A stretch of DNA of 64,000 nucleotides from Eledone cirrhosa (Eukaryota), in contig OZ024749.1 of the NCBI GenBank assembly GCA_964016885.1, forward strand, positions 30,876,001 to 30,940,000, in the 5' to 3' direction. Under the pieces are notes generated by a model, which had not been told where the DNA came from, ran no database searches, and saw only the letters and a program-made list of their open reading frames with translations. The position numbers were made by a program, and so were the translations under genes. Below, piece by piece: positions 29,883 through 44,952 of the stretch (position 1 is its first letter; each line of letters starts with the position of its first letter).

Positions 29883-30437
29883 CTAGGGCGGGTAAAATTC
29901 CCGAGATCCATGGACGAGTTCTCTCCAGCGGTCTCTGTCCCTAATTATCGCTGCCATGTCCTGCGTCTCCAACAGACCAGTGTCTGTCCTTAGGGCATCA
30001 ATATAGGTTAACCTTGGTGTTCCTCTTCCAGTATGTCAATGCAGGGACTCCCACATGATCACTGGATGAAATGTCAACTCTGGATGCCGGTGAGCATGTC
30101 CAGCTAACCTCAGTCTCCTCTGTGTCACTTTTGAGCTGGCTTTTGGGATGCTCCCATACAGCTCTGAGATTTTCATCCTCAGTGTATACTGTATTTGGGA
30201 GCAAAGATCGGGAATACAGATGATGAGGTTGAGAGGAAGAGCATGTCCTGGGCGGCGTGCCACAGCTGGAGATCGGGGTAGAAGTCGGATCTTCGTAGAG
30301 ACCTGAAAATCCGCCTCTTCATTGCTGTAGTGGAGTCTGAGCTGCTGTACGACTTGGACACTGACCAAGAAACTCACTCAGATGTTGGATGGGTGCTACA
30401 CAAGAATTTTGAGGATCGCTCTGAACATTAATCAGTA
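29883..30437 (-). mobile_element. RTE-clade LINE with 5' inversion
   Basis: 3' part on - (ELYGSIPK..RRLRLAGH), upstream part on + (YLG..LDGCYTRILRIALNINQ). Confidence 0.8.
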
Positions 30438-30550
30438 TATATATATATACATATATATATATACATCAGCGCGTGTGTGCGTGCGTATGTATATATCTAT
30501 ATTTATCTATTTGTATCTCACGCTATCTCTCTCTCTCCCTCTCTCTTTCT

Positions 30551-30604
<54 letters not shown>

Positions 30605-31162
30605 ATCTATCTATTTATATATATCCGTCTGCCTTGACCACTTGCCACGTGATAATTCTTAGTCATTTTGAATTCATTTCTGGCGGAGGTCATGGTAGAA
30701 AAATCTTAGTCCTGTTGAGTTATCTCCTGGTGAGTTCCAAGACTCGTTGATTTATCCAAGACCGGATATATCCAAGACCGGATATATCCAAAAAGTGAAC
30801 GAAACCGCCAGGTGGTAGAGATTATGAAGATTTTGGTAAAGTTTATGTACATTTTTTCTTCTAACTTCGATTTTATACCTAATTATGTTTAGTTAATTAG
30901 ATGTCTAGTTAATTTCTACAGGATAGTAGGAATATTAGGTAAATATTTTGTAGCTGTACGTCGTGGAAAAGAAGCTATAATATTTGTCTAATATTTCTTC
31001 CTAAGTACATTTTAAAAATATAGCCTCGTTTATAGGATTTATTATGTGGTTGATTTATACTGATTGGGAGAGGAAATACTGTATATATTTTATCTAATGA
31101 TTCTTTGGACTTACTTTTATATATATATAACCCCCACTCTCACTAAGCGTGAACCTAATACA

Positions 31163-31695
31163 TTGATGATGATGATGATTGTAATGTTGTTGATGATGGT
31201 GATGATGATGATGATGATGATTTTAATGTTGATGACGATGATGATGATGATGATGATTGTAATGTTGATGATGATGATGATGATGATGATGATTGTAATG
31301 TTGATGATGATGATGATGATGATTGTAATGTTGTTGGTGATGATGATGATGATGATGATTGTAATGTTGTTGGTGATGATGATGGAGGTGATAATTATGA
31401 TGTTTTCCACCATTTAAGTATATCTAAAAAATAATGACAAAAGAACTGCATGATAATAATAATAATAATAACAATAATAATAATGACGTTGTTCATGATG
31501 ATGATAATGGTGATGATGATGATAAACATGATGATGATAGTGATGATGATGATGATGATGATGGTGATGATAAATATGATGATAAACAGAAGAAAAAAGG
31601 ATTAATTGCAAACAAAAAAAAATAAAACGAAAGAGTGATGAAGAAGAAGAAGAAGAAGAAGAAGAAGAAGAAGAAAAAGAAAAAGAAGAAGAAGG
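31163..31695. repeat. (GAT)n/(AAT)n/(GAA)n compound microsatellite
   Basis: Trinucleotide runs. Confidence 0.9.
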
Positions 31696-33249
31696 GAAAA
31701 TGTAAAGACAAATTAAAGAGAGTGGTAAAATAATGTAAAATCAATAAACATTCTGTAATCGATAAATTAGAAAAAAATCAGTCTAAAAATAAAACTAATT
31801 TTATATCGATTATTTATTGGATTTAAATTGTAAAAATCGTAGATTTGTCTTTGATCATTTTGTTGGTTTATTTTTTCCTTTCTGTATTGATTATAGCGCA
31901 TTGGTTTAAACTGTGAAACGGAAGAAATATTGCACTAATTACCTTATATTTTGGGATTTTGAATTGCAATTTCTGGGTTTACAGAAAGAAAAAAAGTATT
32001 CATTATTGATATTAACTTCCAGTTGAAACGTTCCGCCAGAAAGCCCCCAGGGACCGAGACCTCTCTCCATACTAATTGCTAGCTCATGAACCTTGAAGAA
32101 AGAAACTAGTGGAATGTTTAAAAATGAATGATACAGTTTATTGAATAAATTAAATGAGAAACAGTTGTGTTGTTAAGACTTTTAGTCCTCAAATATACTC
32201 TCAGGTTTATATATACAAGTAAACAAGAACAAGCACGCAGAATCATAGGGTAAACGTTTTTAGGGGAAATATTATAATGTCTTATGCTGGAGGGGGTAGA
32301 GCGCCTGAAACGCTTAACTTGAGGGAAACACTTTCCATGTGATGAAATTTCTTTTACTACCCACCTAAAAAATTTTAAAGAATAAATATTTAAAAAGCAT
32401 AACTAATTTACCAGTATTTGGTAGGGTCATGCTGCCAATAAAGACACACGCAACTGATGATTTTCACTACAATTTATTACAAATTTCCGGTTGATTGTTT
32501 CAATAGCCGGATGGTTGATTATAGATTGCCAAGCTCTTTCGTCACACATTTTGTGACCTCCTCAATGACGGATTTTCTTATTTTGTGACTCTTCTTTGTT
32601 CTGTCCTACACCATCTTGTTATTATGTATTGTGTGCTGTGTTGTTGGTTCGCGAATGCCTTATATCCAGGTGTGTGTGAGCTTTTATTTATTTATACGTT
32701 TATTTACTTGTCACTAGTTGCTTGCTTGTTCTATCTGAGTATGTCTGGTTTGTTTTATTAGTTTGCTTCTTGTGTGTCTCTTCATGACTTCATCTTGTAC
32801 TTAATTCCGAGTTGTGATTTTGTTGCTACTCCACTCATGTTTTCTGTTTAATGGAGTTCGTTCATGTTCATAGCTTCCGTATTTTATCGGAGCATTTACC
32901 AGTGTTTAATTCCAATTTACTAGGAAAGGAACTGAAAACTATCAGACATTGTCTTATATGCCCAACAACTTTTTCACAATTTTATAAGAACTAAGACGAG
33001 CCAACATCTGAATGCTTTGCTTGAGGAATATTCAAAGTCGATTCATCAAAATTCATAAAAATTGGTAAATACAGAGAAAAACCTAATACATAAAATCTTG
33101 AAAGGGGAATAAACACATTTGACACTAAAATTTGAGCTACCGCTTCAGATCATGGTCTTAGAACGGTACCATTTTGGATAGAGGCCAGAAATGAAGGCGA
33201 GAATCGAAGCTAGTTTATTTCTACGATAACCCAGTAGTTCTCTTTCATG

Positions 33250-33369
<120 letters not shown>

Positions 33370-33384
33370 CCACACGACATCCCA

Positions 33385-33678
33385 CCATGTCTAAAATCTA
33401 TGGCAAACTCTCTCGAGCCTCTGCCCTTCCAAAATCCCGGAGAGCTCAATTTGCTGGCCACTGTCACCGTGCCAGCAATGAAATCATATCCGCTCTCTTG
33501 CTCTGGAACCCTGACTCCAGCCTGACTAGGAGTAGGAAGCTGTCATTCCCTGACCTTATCTCTAGGGATACGGGAATCGGTAGACAGGACCTGGGGGCGG
33601 CGATGGGGGAGAGGGAATTCTGGGGCATGAGAGTGAGGTCCATCATCTCGACAGTAGTCGACGAATGATGATGATGAT

Positions 33679-33680
<2 letters not shown>
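33385..33680 (+). mobile_element. RTE-clade LINE 3' end
   Basis: Open frame IYGKLSRASALPKSRRAQFAGHCHRASNEIISALLLW..; (TGA)n tail. Confidence 0.75.
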
Positions 33681-33720
<40 letters not shown>

Positions 33721-33721
<1 letters not shown>

Positions 33722-33942
33722 CACAGAACAAAGATGTTGTAAGATACAAGTTGGACCATATTGCACCACCATGCCTACTCGAAACTAGTCGTAGTAGAGT
33801 GGGTAATATGAAAAGTTTGAGGACCCTAACGGCAGAGCACCGGCCGTTTTAACAGCTAAATCCTTTCGGATATAGCTGACGAAACGGCTGGAGCTCTACC
33901 ATCATGATCCTGAATCTGTTCATATATATATATATATGTATG

Positions 33943-34021
<79 letters not shown>

Positions 34022-34153
34022 CGAAGGAAATGTCGTAAGGAACCAGGTGGACCATAGCGCACCAAAGTACTCAATACTTAGAGTAGTAGAGTGGGTAATA
34101 GGAACGAGTAGGACCCCGACGGCTGAGCTTAAGCCGTTTCGACGGCTAATTCT
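33721..34153 (-). mobile_element. Two family A terminal insertions (33721-33921 fold-back; 34020-34153 tail arm)
   Basis: Homology to the 28283-28470 tail and HHR stem III. Confidence 0.8.
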
Positions 34154-34455
34154 ATATATATATATAAAGTTTTCGTGAAATAGTCTTTGTCGAGACTATA
34201 CAGAAAATGTGTAGTTGTCCCAAATTGAAGGATGAGTATTTTAAACTTTATTTTATCATGAGTTAAGGCTCTATTGATTTTTCCCTGGATTTTACTAAAT
34301 TCTGTTGGATAAACCTATATTCTGATTCTTTTTTAATTAAGTTTGAATTATTTTTCCCACATCTTACGTTAACTATTTTCCCATTTTGACGCTATAGTCA
34401 CTTATATATTATGGAATACTGTTGGCTTCTTGCTGCAATACTTTCTATACCTTTC

Positions 34456-34517
<62 letters not shown>

Positions 34518-35718
34518 AATATTTACGTAGATACATACTAGCGCTACTGGGCAAATGCATTCGATGTTCAGCGAGTGGGATTGACCCCTTGCAAAGCCTC
34601 TCCTAACTTAAAAACGCTTCATGCACAGGCACTGCTTTGTATGTGACATTATTTGCAATTTTTGTCCGACACTCTAACGATTCTGCTATTTCAGAGCCTT
34701 TTTTCATCCTCTTACTATGTTATTTAATATCATTGACATAGATTATTTCCAATCCAAGCTTTGTAAGCTTCCATGTTTGTTTGGATTTACGGGGTCGATA
34801 AAATAAAGTACCAGTAATGTACTGGATAATTGCTGGCCTTGTGCCAAAAGTAGAAACAATTATTTGCGATACTCGGCATTGTTGGCCTTAGCCAAATCCA
34901 TTTCAGGATGAAAAATCCACATCCGTGATGCTCCTGCTTAAGTATCAAGCGATGGCATTACTCGAAATCGAGTTGCAGCCATCATCATGTAGGTGTATAT
35001 ATTGCTCATAAACAAACGATCTGTTTTTGTAATTCTCTTTAGGATTTTTCATAGGCCAAGAGACTTTTGAAAAGTTATTGAAACAAGCCAATTGCCTGGA
35101 AAGATGAGTAGAATTGAGATTTAATTGGTATTTACTGTGGTATATACATATTTATAAACACATACATTCATACATGTAGTGTGATATATAGATATATATA
35201 AACACATACATACATACATATGTAGTGTTGTATATACACATATATAAAGACATACATACATATATATGTAGTGTGATATATACATTTATATATAAACATA
35301 TACTTACATAATCACTAAAGGAAGCAATGAAAGAGATTGAGATGATAAAAAGATGATAGTGGATGATATTTAAATTTATGGCGTAGACAATAAGATGTCT
35401 TATACGTACGTCTATATATATATATATATATATGTTAGTATCTTATGTTTGTATGTAAGTATGTAACATTTGTAAATTCAATAGATTGTTCGCCAAGATT
35501 CCGGCTGTTGTACAGTTTTCTGTCTCGGCAACAGTCTTTAGTGATTTTCATTGACGGATATTATTGATTCAGAAGGTATCATAAATCATGTCACCTTCTG
35601 AATCAATACTACCCATCTGGCAGTTTGTAGATATATACCTATTTAACTATTTACCCAACCGTGTATCTATATATAACCCACCCCCCTCTCTCCTTATATA
35701 TATATATACTTATATATA

Positions 35719-35831
35719 TAGGAAAATGTTTGACCCCGACGGCAGAGCTCAGGCCGTTTCGACGGCTATTTCTGAGTACTCTCAGTTCTGCTGGGTTATG
35801 GTCCGTCTGGTTCCTTGCCACTCTTCCTTCG

Positions 35832-35833
<2 letters not shown>
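35719..35833. mobile_element. Family A fold-back remnant
   Basis: Inverted HHR 3' half joined to a + strand partial tail. Confidence 0.75.
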
Positions 35834-35903
<70 letters not shown>

Positions 35904-35908
35904 CTATG

Positions 35909-36017
<109 letters not shown>

Positions 36018-36024
36018 ATATATG

Positions 36025-36061
<37 letters not shown>

Positions 36062-36064
36062 GTG

Positions 36065-36114
<50 letters not shown>

Positions 36115-36120
36115 TATGTT

Positions 36121-36170
<50 letters not shown>

Positions 36171-36214
36171 TATATATGTATATATATATATTTATATATG
36201 TATATATATATATT

Positions 36215-36349
<135 letters not shown>

Positions 36350-37025
36350 CATATATTATTAACACAGATAAAATGTAAGGAAACAATTTCTGCCTACGAC
36401 CTAAATGAACGTTGTATTTAAGGTGTAAGCAGGCATTGTTTAGTTAAAGTTTTAATCTCATTAAGAATAAATATTTGACCTATGAGTTTATCTATAATTT
36501 TATCTATACGACAGTTGACGGGGTCTCTGTAAATTTTGCTCTTAGTATTTAATATTATATATATATAGGACATAGTGAATAATGTATTTTTTTCATATAA
36601 TATAGCTGAAATGAAAATAAGGAAACGATATTTTCACGGCCTGACAGAACTTTGAACATGAGTGTGTTCTATTGTAACTTACACCGTGTGGTTAAACAAG
36701 AAAATAGACAAAATATGACTAATCATAACAATATGAAAAAATAACAAAAATATAAACAACACCGATAATAACAACTATAACAACAATAATAACAACAATT
36801 ATCATAATAAACACATTAATCTTACTCTATAAAAATGTTTGACGCCGTGCCAATAACACGGTGTAATTTCAATTCAATATTTACTTTTGGCACATGAAGT
36901 GAAATACTGGAATAAATAAATTCTCGCCTCTTACTTGAAAGTACGCTGAAATACTCTCCGAATTAACTACGGTCTGTCTCTCTACCTCATCCACCTCTAT
37001 ATATCTATCAGTCTATCCATGTATA

Positions 37026-37122
<97 letters not shown>

Positions 37123-37228
37123 TGTGTATATGACTCTCATTCTCAATTTCCATCACATCCTCCCTTTTTCACTGACACAATTTGATGCGGAGGATGTCAC
37201 TTCTGATGGCAACTTGGAGGGAGATGTA

Positions 37229-37311
<83 letters not shown>

Positions 37312-37428
37312 TGAAAGAGAGAGAGAGAGAGAGAGAGAGCGAGTGACATATGTACTTATAATTATATATATCTATGTTTATGCATATATATATATATGTT
37401 TATGTATATATGTATATATATATTTATA

Positions 37429-37462
<34 letters not shown>

Positions 37463-37546
37463 TTTCTATCTATATATCTATCTTTCTATCTATCTATCTA
37501 TCTTTCTTTCAATCTATCTATCTATGCGTCTATCTATTTATCTATG

Positions 37547-37577
<31 letters not shown>

Positions 37578-37661
37578 GTTTGAATATAAATATATATATA
37601 TATAATATATATATATATATCTATATATCTATATATCTATACACATATACATATATATATA

Positions 37662-38000
37662 TAGTAATAATAATAAAATTGAAGACTAAAATCCAAAGAG
37701 GGCTCGATAAGGAAAATATATATCAAATATATAACAACCGTAGAGCAAATATTTATTAAAGTAACAGATTAAAGTTTAAGCAAAGAATAGCTGCTTTCAC
37801 CCTTAACGGGATCTTCTGAAACTAACAAAGTCAATCTGTAAACGCAGAACTGGATATTTCAAAAAACGTTGCAACCGGAGGAAGACAGGAAGACGATACT
37901 TTGGTTCGTGGTAACGTTCGCTGGCAAAGAACGGGAAAAAACGAATAATACGTCATTAATAGGAGCGGTGAAAAACAATTACGCGCAAAGACAGAATCAC

Positions 38001-38002
<2 letters not shown>
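37662..38002 (-). mobile_element. Family B terminal fragment with HHR fold (37773-37823) and tail
   Basis: Homologous to 56561-56905; CAGAAGA core. Confidence 0.8.
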
Positions 38003-38065
<63 letters not shown>

Positions 38066-38068
38066 TGT

Positions 38069-38144
<76 letters not shown>

Positions 38145-38169
38145 GTATAGATATATATATACATATATA

Positions 38170-38224
<55 letters not shown>

Positions 38225-38267
38225 CAAACATATATATATATACATGCATAGATAAGTAGATATGTTT

Positions 38268-39082
38268 CTTTTATTTGCCACAAGGGCATCAAAAGTTGGA
38301 CAAGTACAAGGCGTCCTCAATAAGGAGGAGGCAATAACAATATATAAAAATAAAATAAAATATAACAACAAATAAAATTTATAACAAAGTCCTCAATAGA
38401 GAGGAGGCGCCTTGGGGGGTCGCACACACCCCCGAAAAAAGTGTGCAACCCTTTTCCTCGGGAGCACAGAGAAGGGGTGCTCCCTTGGTCTTTCATCTTC
38501 CTCACCTATAGTCTGATGTAGAGTGAAGGCCCATTCACACGGGCCATTCTCGCCACTTCCACCCATCTTTCATAAAAACGGCTGGGGTGCAGCACCTCTC
38601 TCTCCATCCTGATCCTTCTTCCGAAATGATATCGGAAGAAACGGACCAGTTGTTGGCCAGAGAGAAAGGTGTCTGACCTCAGTCCTTTCAGACGCGTCCA
38701 CCATACAACCTCTTTCGCCATGGCTATTACGCACAGAAACACCGCCTCTTCTTTGTTTTTGAAGAGGGGAGGCAGCTTGATCGTTACAATAGACTCGGTG
38801 GTCAACCGGATCGGTCCCACCCTTGACAGCAGTTGTTCGACATAGCCCCACAGATCGGCAATGCCCGAGCAGTGTACCAATGCGTGGGCAACGGTTTCCT
38901 CGTCGCACACGCATCTGGGACAGATCTTTTTCGAGGGGTCCCTACCCGGGCGCCCGTGTCTGTAGAGCCTTTCTCGAACGGGCAGAGCCCTTCTGTAGTA
39001 TTGACAGGCCAGGGACCTCTGGAAGTTATCCATGGGTCCTGGGCTGAATGTCCTACCGAACAGGTTTGCCAGTTCGTCTTAT
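38268..39082 (-). mobile_element. L1/Tx1-like LINE 3' fragment
   Basis: ORF 38506-39033: ALPVRERL..CPRC..ETVAHALVHC zinc-binding C-terminus; AATAAA-like end; TAGA flanks. Confidence 0.8.
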
Positions 39083-39217
39083 GCATAGATAAATAGATAG
39101 ACGCATAGATAGATAGATGAACAGATCGTTATCTAGCTAGCTAGCAAGATAGTTAAGATAGGTAGTTAGATGTGTAGTTAGATTGATAGACAGGCAAGTA
39201 GGTAGGTAAATAGATAA

Positions 39218-39715
39218 ATTTCTTTATTAGCCACAAGGGCACAAAAGAGGGGTTAAATACAAATGGGGAATTTACATACAGGTATATGAAAATAAAACTA
39301 TTAATAAAATAACAAATAACAATTGAAATCCCCAATAGGGGGGAGGCGTTACACAGGGGTTGTACACACCCCGAAAAAATGTACAACCCTCATCTCCAGG
39401 AGCACCAAGAGTGAGTACCTCTTTCCTCTCTTCCTCTTTTTCCTCAACCTACAGGCTTATATAGAGAGAAGGCCCAACCACTCGGGCCATCTTTGCCACA
39501 TTCATCAACCTTTTATAAAATTTGGTGGGGTACAGCCCCTCTCTCTCCATCCTGATTCTTGTTCCAAAATGATATTTGAAAAACCGAATCAGTTGCTCGC
39601 AGGAGAGAAATGTGTCTGACCTCAGCCCTTTTAACCTCGTCCACATGTAACCTCTTTCACCATAGCCATAACACATAGGAAAACCGCCTCTCCCTCGTTT
39701 TTGAAAGAGGGTGGG
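39218..39715 (-). mobile_element. Second, shorter L1/Tx1-like 3' fragment
   Basis: Homologous to 38268-38770 ([14 protein letters not shown]). Confidence 0.8.
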
Positions 39716-40048
39716 CAGGTAGGAAGGTAGGCATGTAGGTAGGTAGATAGGTAGGTAGGTAAGTAGGTAAGTAGGTATGTAGGTAGGTATGTAGGTAGGT
39801 AGGTAAGTAGGTAGGTATGTTAGTAGGTAGGTAGGTAGGTAGGTAAGTAGGTAAGTAGGTAGGTAGGTAGGTAGGTAGGTAGGTAGGTAGGTAGGTAGGT
39901 AGGTAGGTAAGTAGGTAGGTATGTTAGTGGGTAGGTAGGTAGGTAGGTAGGTAGGTAGGTAGGTAGGTAAGTAGGTAGGTAGGTAGGTAGGTAGGTAGGT
40001 AGGTAGGTAGGTAGGTAGGTAGGTAGGTAGGTAGAAAGGTATGTAGGT
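39716..40048. repeat. (TAGG)n microsatellite
   Basis: Tetranucleotide run. Confidence 0.95.
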
Positions 40049-40373
40049 CGATATATGTCAAATAATTATAACAATAGCTTGCATAGTTCTTTTGCTTTCA
40101 ATGTGTATTACACAAGGTTTTATCGCATTAAATTTCCCAATACACTTTCTTATACAATCGCTGCTACGTTACATAAGAATGTGAGAATATGATCAACGTT
40201 TAACAGACCAACGTCGAAATATATAATTATCACGTAGATCCGATATCACCGCATGAAAGACTTCCCATATCTCCTCAATAATATGGAATATAGCTTCATT
40301 AAATATCTATGTCATAATCGATATGATTAATAGTAATATTAATAACAGTAAACATAATAGTAATAATTAAAAG

Positions 40374-40404
<31 letters not shown>

Positions 40405-40721
40405 GGGGGAAGAAGAAGAAGAAGAAGAAGAAGAAGAAGAAGGCAAGTAAGAAGAAGTACGAGTAATGCACAAGTATAATTGCTGGCCTTGTGCCAAAAG
40501 TAGAAACAATTATTATTATTATTATTATTAATTGAGGTAGTAGTAGTATTATTATAGAAGAAATCAGTAGTAATGTAATCTAGTTTTATTAATCCTCTGT
40601 TTTTGTTTTTTTTACACGCAGAAATGCCCATTGGTACCGTCCTGTATTGTCCTGTACTGTCCTTATTGTCTTAATTTGTATAAACCCTTGTGGTTAATAA
40701 AGAAAGCGTTATTTATATTGT

Positions 40722-40912
40722 TGGAGGATTGCGAGTATCGGTAGAGAGTCGGACGCCATGCTTTGACGTATAGAGTTACGGCCCTTGCCATTCTGAGTTC
40801 AAATACCGCCGAGGTTAACTTTGCCTTTCATCCTTACGGGGTCGATAAAATAAAGTACCGGTAATGCATTGGGTTATTGCTGGCCTTATGCCTAAAGTTG
40901 AAACAATTATTT
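40722..40912 (+). mobile_element. OK-like SINE
   Basis: Homologous to 17540-17727 and 52888-53078. Confidence 0.85.
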
Positions 40913-41109
40913 ATATTATTATAAATGTTTTTCTTTTCCGATGAATTTTCTTAATACAGATATGAGGAAAATGGCGATTAGACATAGAGGCGGAGATATC
41001 GCACCTCATAAGTTTTACCGTGACATTTATCAATCACAAAATGGCCTCTTTTCTCTTATAGTTTAGAATGCTCTCTCTCCCGCTCTCTCTCTCTCTATAT
41101 ATATGTATG

Positions 41110-41175
<66 letters not shown>

Positions 41176-41414
41176 GACACATATACACATAAATATCCAG
41201 GTACGAAACAGATTTGCCAACAACAGAATTTATAGAACGACAGCACCAGAAAAGTGATTATAAGTGAATTATCTGGAGTAATATTTGCAAGGATATCAGA
41301 TAGCTGTTAGTAAGTCTCAAGGCACCAATCGTAACTTTTCGTAACGTATATGTATACGGGTATGCTCATTCTATCTATCCATATCCACCAGTATAAATAT
41401 GTACTTATGTATGG

Positions 41415-41495
<81 letters not shown>

Positions 41496-41544
41496 TATGG
41501 AATACTGTTAGCTTCTCGCTACAATAATTTCTATACCTTTCATT

Positions 41545-41580
<36 letters not shown>

Positions 41581-41594
41581 GGGAAATGTTCAGG

Positions 41595-41690
41595 ACTCCG
41601 ACGGCAGAGCTCTAGCCGTTTCAATAGCATATTTCTGGACTAAATTAGAATTTTTGGCGTGGTAATAAATAGCCGAAATTTTCAAGGGGT
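41595..41690 (-). ncRNA. Family A hammerhead fold, core UUGAAAA (degenerate stem II)
   Basis: Homologous to 7088-7181. Confidence 0.55.
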
Positions 41691-42641
41691 AATTCCTTAT
41701 ATGGGAAGATTGTAGTTATCAAAATTTCATTTGGGTATATGGAAGATTTTATTGGCTTATCAGCGGCTCCATGTTCTGCATATCCTTAACTTTAATTTGC
41801 GATTACAGAATGTATTCGCTTCAGTAAATTGACTATTTCATGAAATGTGCTTTCTCATATAGTATGTACTTTCCTATTTAGGACAAAGTTTGTGACAATA
41901 TCAACCTTTACTTCACACTTCGACATTATCAACCTTTACTTCACATGTCGAAATTTGCCGTTATGTAGTGGGTCATTAGGCCTTGAATTCTATTTAAATT
42001 TCAGCTTGACCTTAGTATTTCTCTTCCATAGTCATTTGAGGAATTTGTCCAGCCACTTGATTGAGACTTTTCTTTCCTGTCTCCTTCACTTTTATATTAA
42101 TCATATCGTCTGCTTTTTTTCCGACGGTGATCACATCCTTATTAAACTATAAGACAACAATATATATTTTTCTGTGAGCAGCGAGTTTATCTCTATAAAA
42201 TATAGCCAATATCTTGTTAGAATCTTCCAATCAAGTTTCCCGGTCAATGCAGTCACACATGTACCTCCATAATTCTAAAATATCTGGATTGCATAAAGAC
42301 TTCAGTCAGTATATATTACTCGTTATTCTCCCTCAGCCATTCCACGATTTCCCATCGATTTTTCTTGATACCAAGTATTTAATGTAAAAATGTATTTGAC
42401 ACCTAGTCACATACGATTATATATACCTGGCAATATATCCGATATGTATATATATATATATATATATATAAAGAATTAGTATATCTACCAACATATGTAT
42501 ACAGATGCATACCTATGTTAGTAAATATATATGTTTTGTCTTAGTAACTTTGTGGCTCTATGCAAGGGGATGCAGAACAATTATATGAAAGACGTAAAAT
42601 TTAGTAAGTAAGTCAATTTTCATAACTTTCTTATTTACGTC

Positions 42642-42704
<63 letters not shown>

Positions 42705-42948
42705 CATAAACGGAGAAAGCTAATAGAGATACTCCGACCAATTTTCAACTTATTCAACACACATTAGGATTTACCGGAGTATATTCCCAATTAAACGTTT
42801 GGAGTGCTAACTATATTATATAGTATGGATAATTGGGTGTATTATTTTATATGAGATATATTAAAGATCTCATTTGCCAAACGAATCGTTTCATCGTAGG
42901 ATTTCTACATTGCGGGTTAAATTATACCAAATTATGTAGAAACGTGTG

Positions 42949-42983
<35 letters not shown>

Positions 42984-43061
42984 TGATAATAAATTTGAAG
43001 ACTAAAATCCAAAGGGGGCTCTATAGGATAAATATATATCAAATATATATATATATATATA

Positions 43062-43555
43062 TATTATTATAATTCATGTCTACAGAATTATTAGATAAAC
43101 AAAATATATACTCCATTTCCTCTGCCAAACAGCACAATCAACCATATAAAAAATCAATTATACTAAGCCATAAGGATAAAAGCTCCTATGAATAAATCCC
43201 CGACAAATAAACGAGAGTGGCTTCTTCGCGGTATCCACAGCAGGTTATTTATCCAACATTTCGACAGCATGCATAAATCGACCTGCTGTAGATACCGCGA
43301 AGAAGCCACTCTCGTTTATTTGTCGGAGATTTCTTCATAGGAGCTTTTAACCTTATGGCTTAGTATAATTGATTTTTTATATGGTTGATTGTGCTGATTG
43401 GCAGAGGAAATGGAGTATATATTTTGTTTATCTAATAATTCTGTAGACATGATTTATAATAATATATTGTTCTGAGTATTTAATTTATTAATTCTTCATA
43501 GAGCTAAAAAGTGATCGGTTGTAACATATATAAATTTATGTATATGTAAACCTTT
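43062..43555. mobile_element. Fold-back insertion, family K (~190-bp arms, tail on right; no HHR recognised)
   Basis: 43062-43250 mirrors ~43275-43465; TA flanks; tail hairpin GUUC-UGAG..UUCA-UA-GAGC. Confidence 0.8.
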
Positions 43556-43680
43556 ATATATATATATATATATTAGCTCTGTTTCTCGACCGTTATATCG
43601 CGTGACTATCTCCCCCTCCGCCTTTTGGGATTCTTTCTCACGTCGTGTAGACGCGTTCTTGAGGCTATTAAAATGAGGTA

Positions 43681-43770
43681 TCCTCTTGATAAGTCGGCAG
43701 ACCTCGCAAGGACTCTATATCTTTATGATGTATTGTTTTTGTTTATGCCACGAAACTACGTAGTCGAGGA
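43681..43770 (+). ncRNA. Type I hammerhead, family L, U3-A8 core (UUGAUAA)
   Basis: UCCUC-UUGAUAA-GUCGGCA..UGCCAC-GAAA-CUACGUAG-UC-GAGGA. Confidence 0.75.
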
Positions 43771-43839
43771 ATCTAGGAGCAGTTTAGGTATAATACATTT
43801 TATTACTTATTATATCTAAATGTTTCTTCTCTCTTCATA

Positions 43840-43917
<78 letters not shown>

Positions 43918-43944
43918 TATTTTAATATAGAAATGGTTTTGACT

Positions 43945-44055
43945 TTTACAGGACTAGAACTGTTTCATTCGAGAGAAATGAGCAGGAAGCCGTATATACT
44001 CTGCTATGCATTGAGGACCTTACTTTCTGTGGATACCCCCGATTGAACCAATGAT
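43945..44055. mobile_element. Family H fold-back remnant
   Basis: Inverted HHR piece (TACAGGACTAGAACTGTTTCATTC) joined to the family H tail. Confidence 0.7.
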
Positions 44056-44082
44056 ATACTTATCTATCTAGCGATCTATCTA

Positions 44083-44156
<74 letters not shown>

Positions 44157-44522
44157 AGTATATATATATATACGTATGTATGTGTGTATATAATGTGTGT
44201 ATATATATATATACATATATGTATGTATATATATGTACGCACACACACTCATATATATATATATAATAACAATGTAAAGCTCTCTCATTAATGTTCGCCA
44301 TCTCCTCACTCTACCAAGATCTGTCTGTAGCGTGATGTTTATATTTTAATCTAGGAACGCTCGCGTGTATTGCTTCTAGCCTCAGCTCCAATCCTCAGAA
44401 GTAAATGGACTGTCTAGGCACGTAACTTGTTAACTATGACATTTTTTGCAGTGTGATTTTACACGAAACTCCATGTACATTCATATATATATTTATATAT
44501 GTTTATGTGCGTGCGTGTATTC

Positions 44523-44682
<160 letters not shown>

Positions 44683-44876
44683 TGTATGTATGTATGTATG
44701 TATGTATGTATGTATGTATGTATGTATGTATGTATGTATGTATGTATGTATATATATATGTATGTATGTATGTATGTATATATATATGTATGTATGTATA
44801 TATGTATATATATATATGTATGTATGTATATATATATGTATATATATATATATATATATGTGTGTGTCTGTATAAA

Positions 44877-44952
<76 letters not shown>

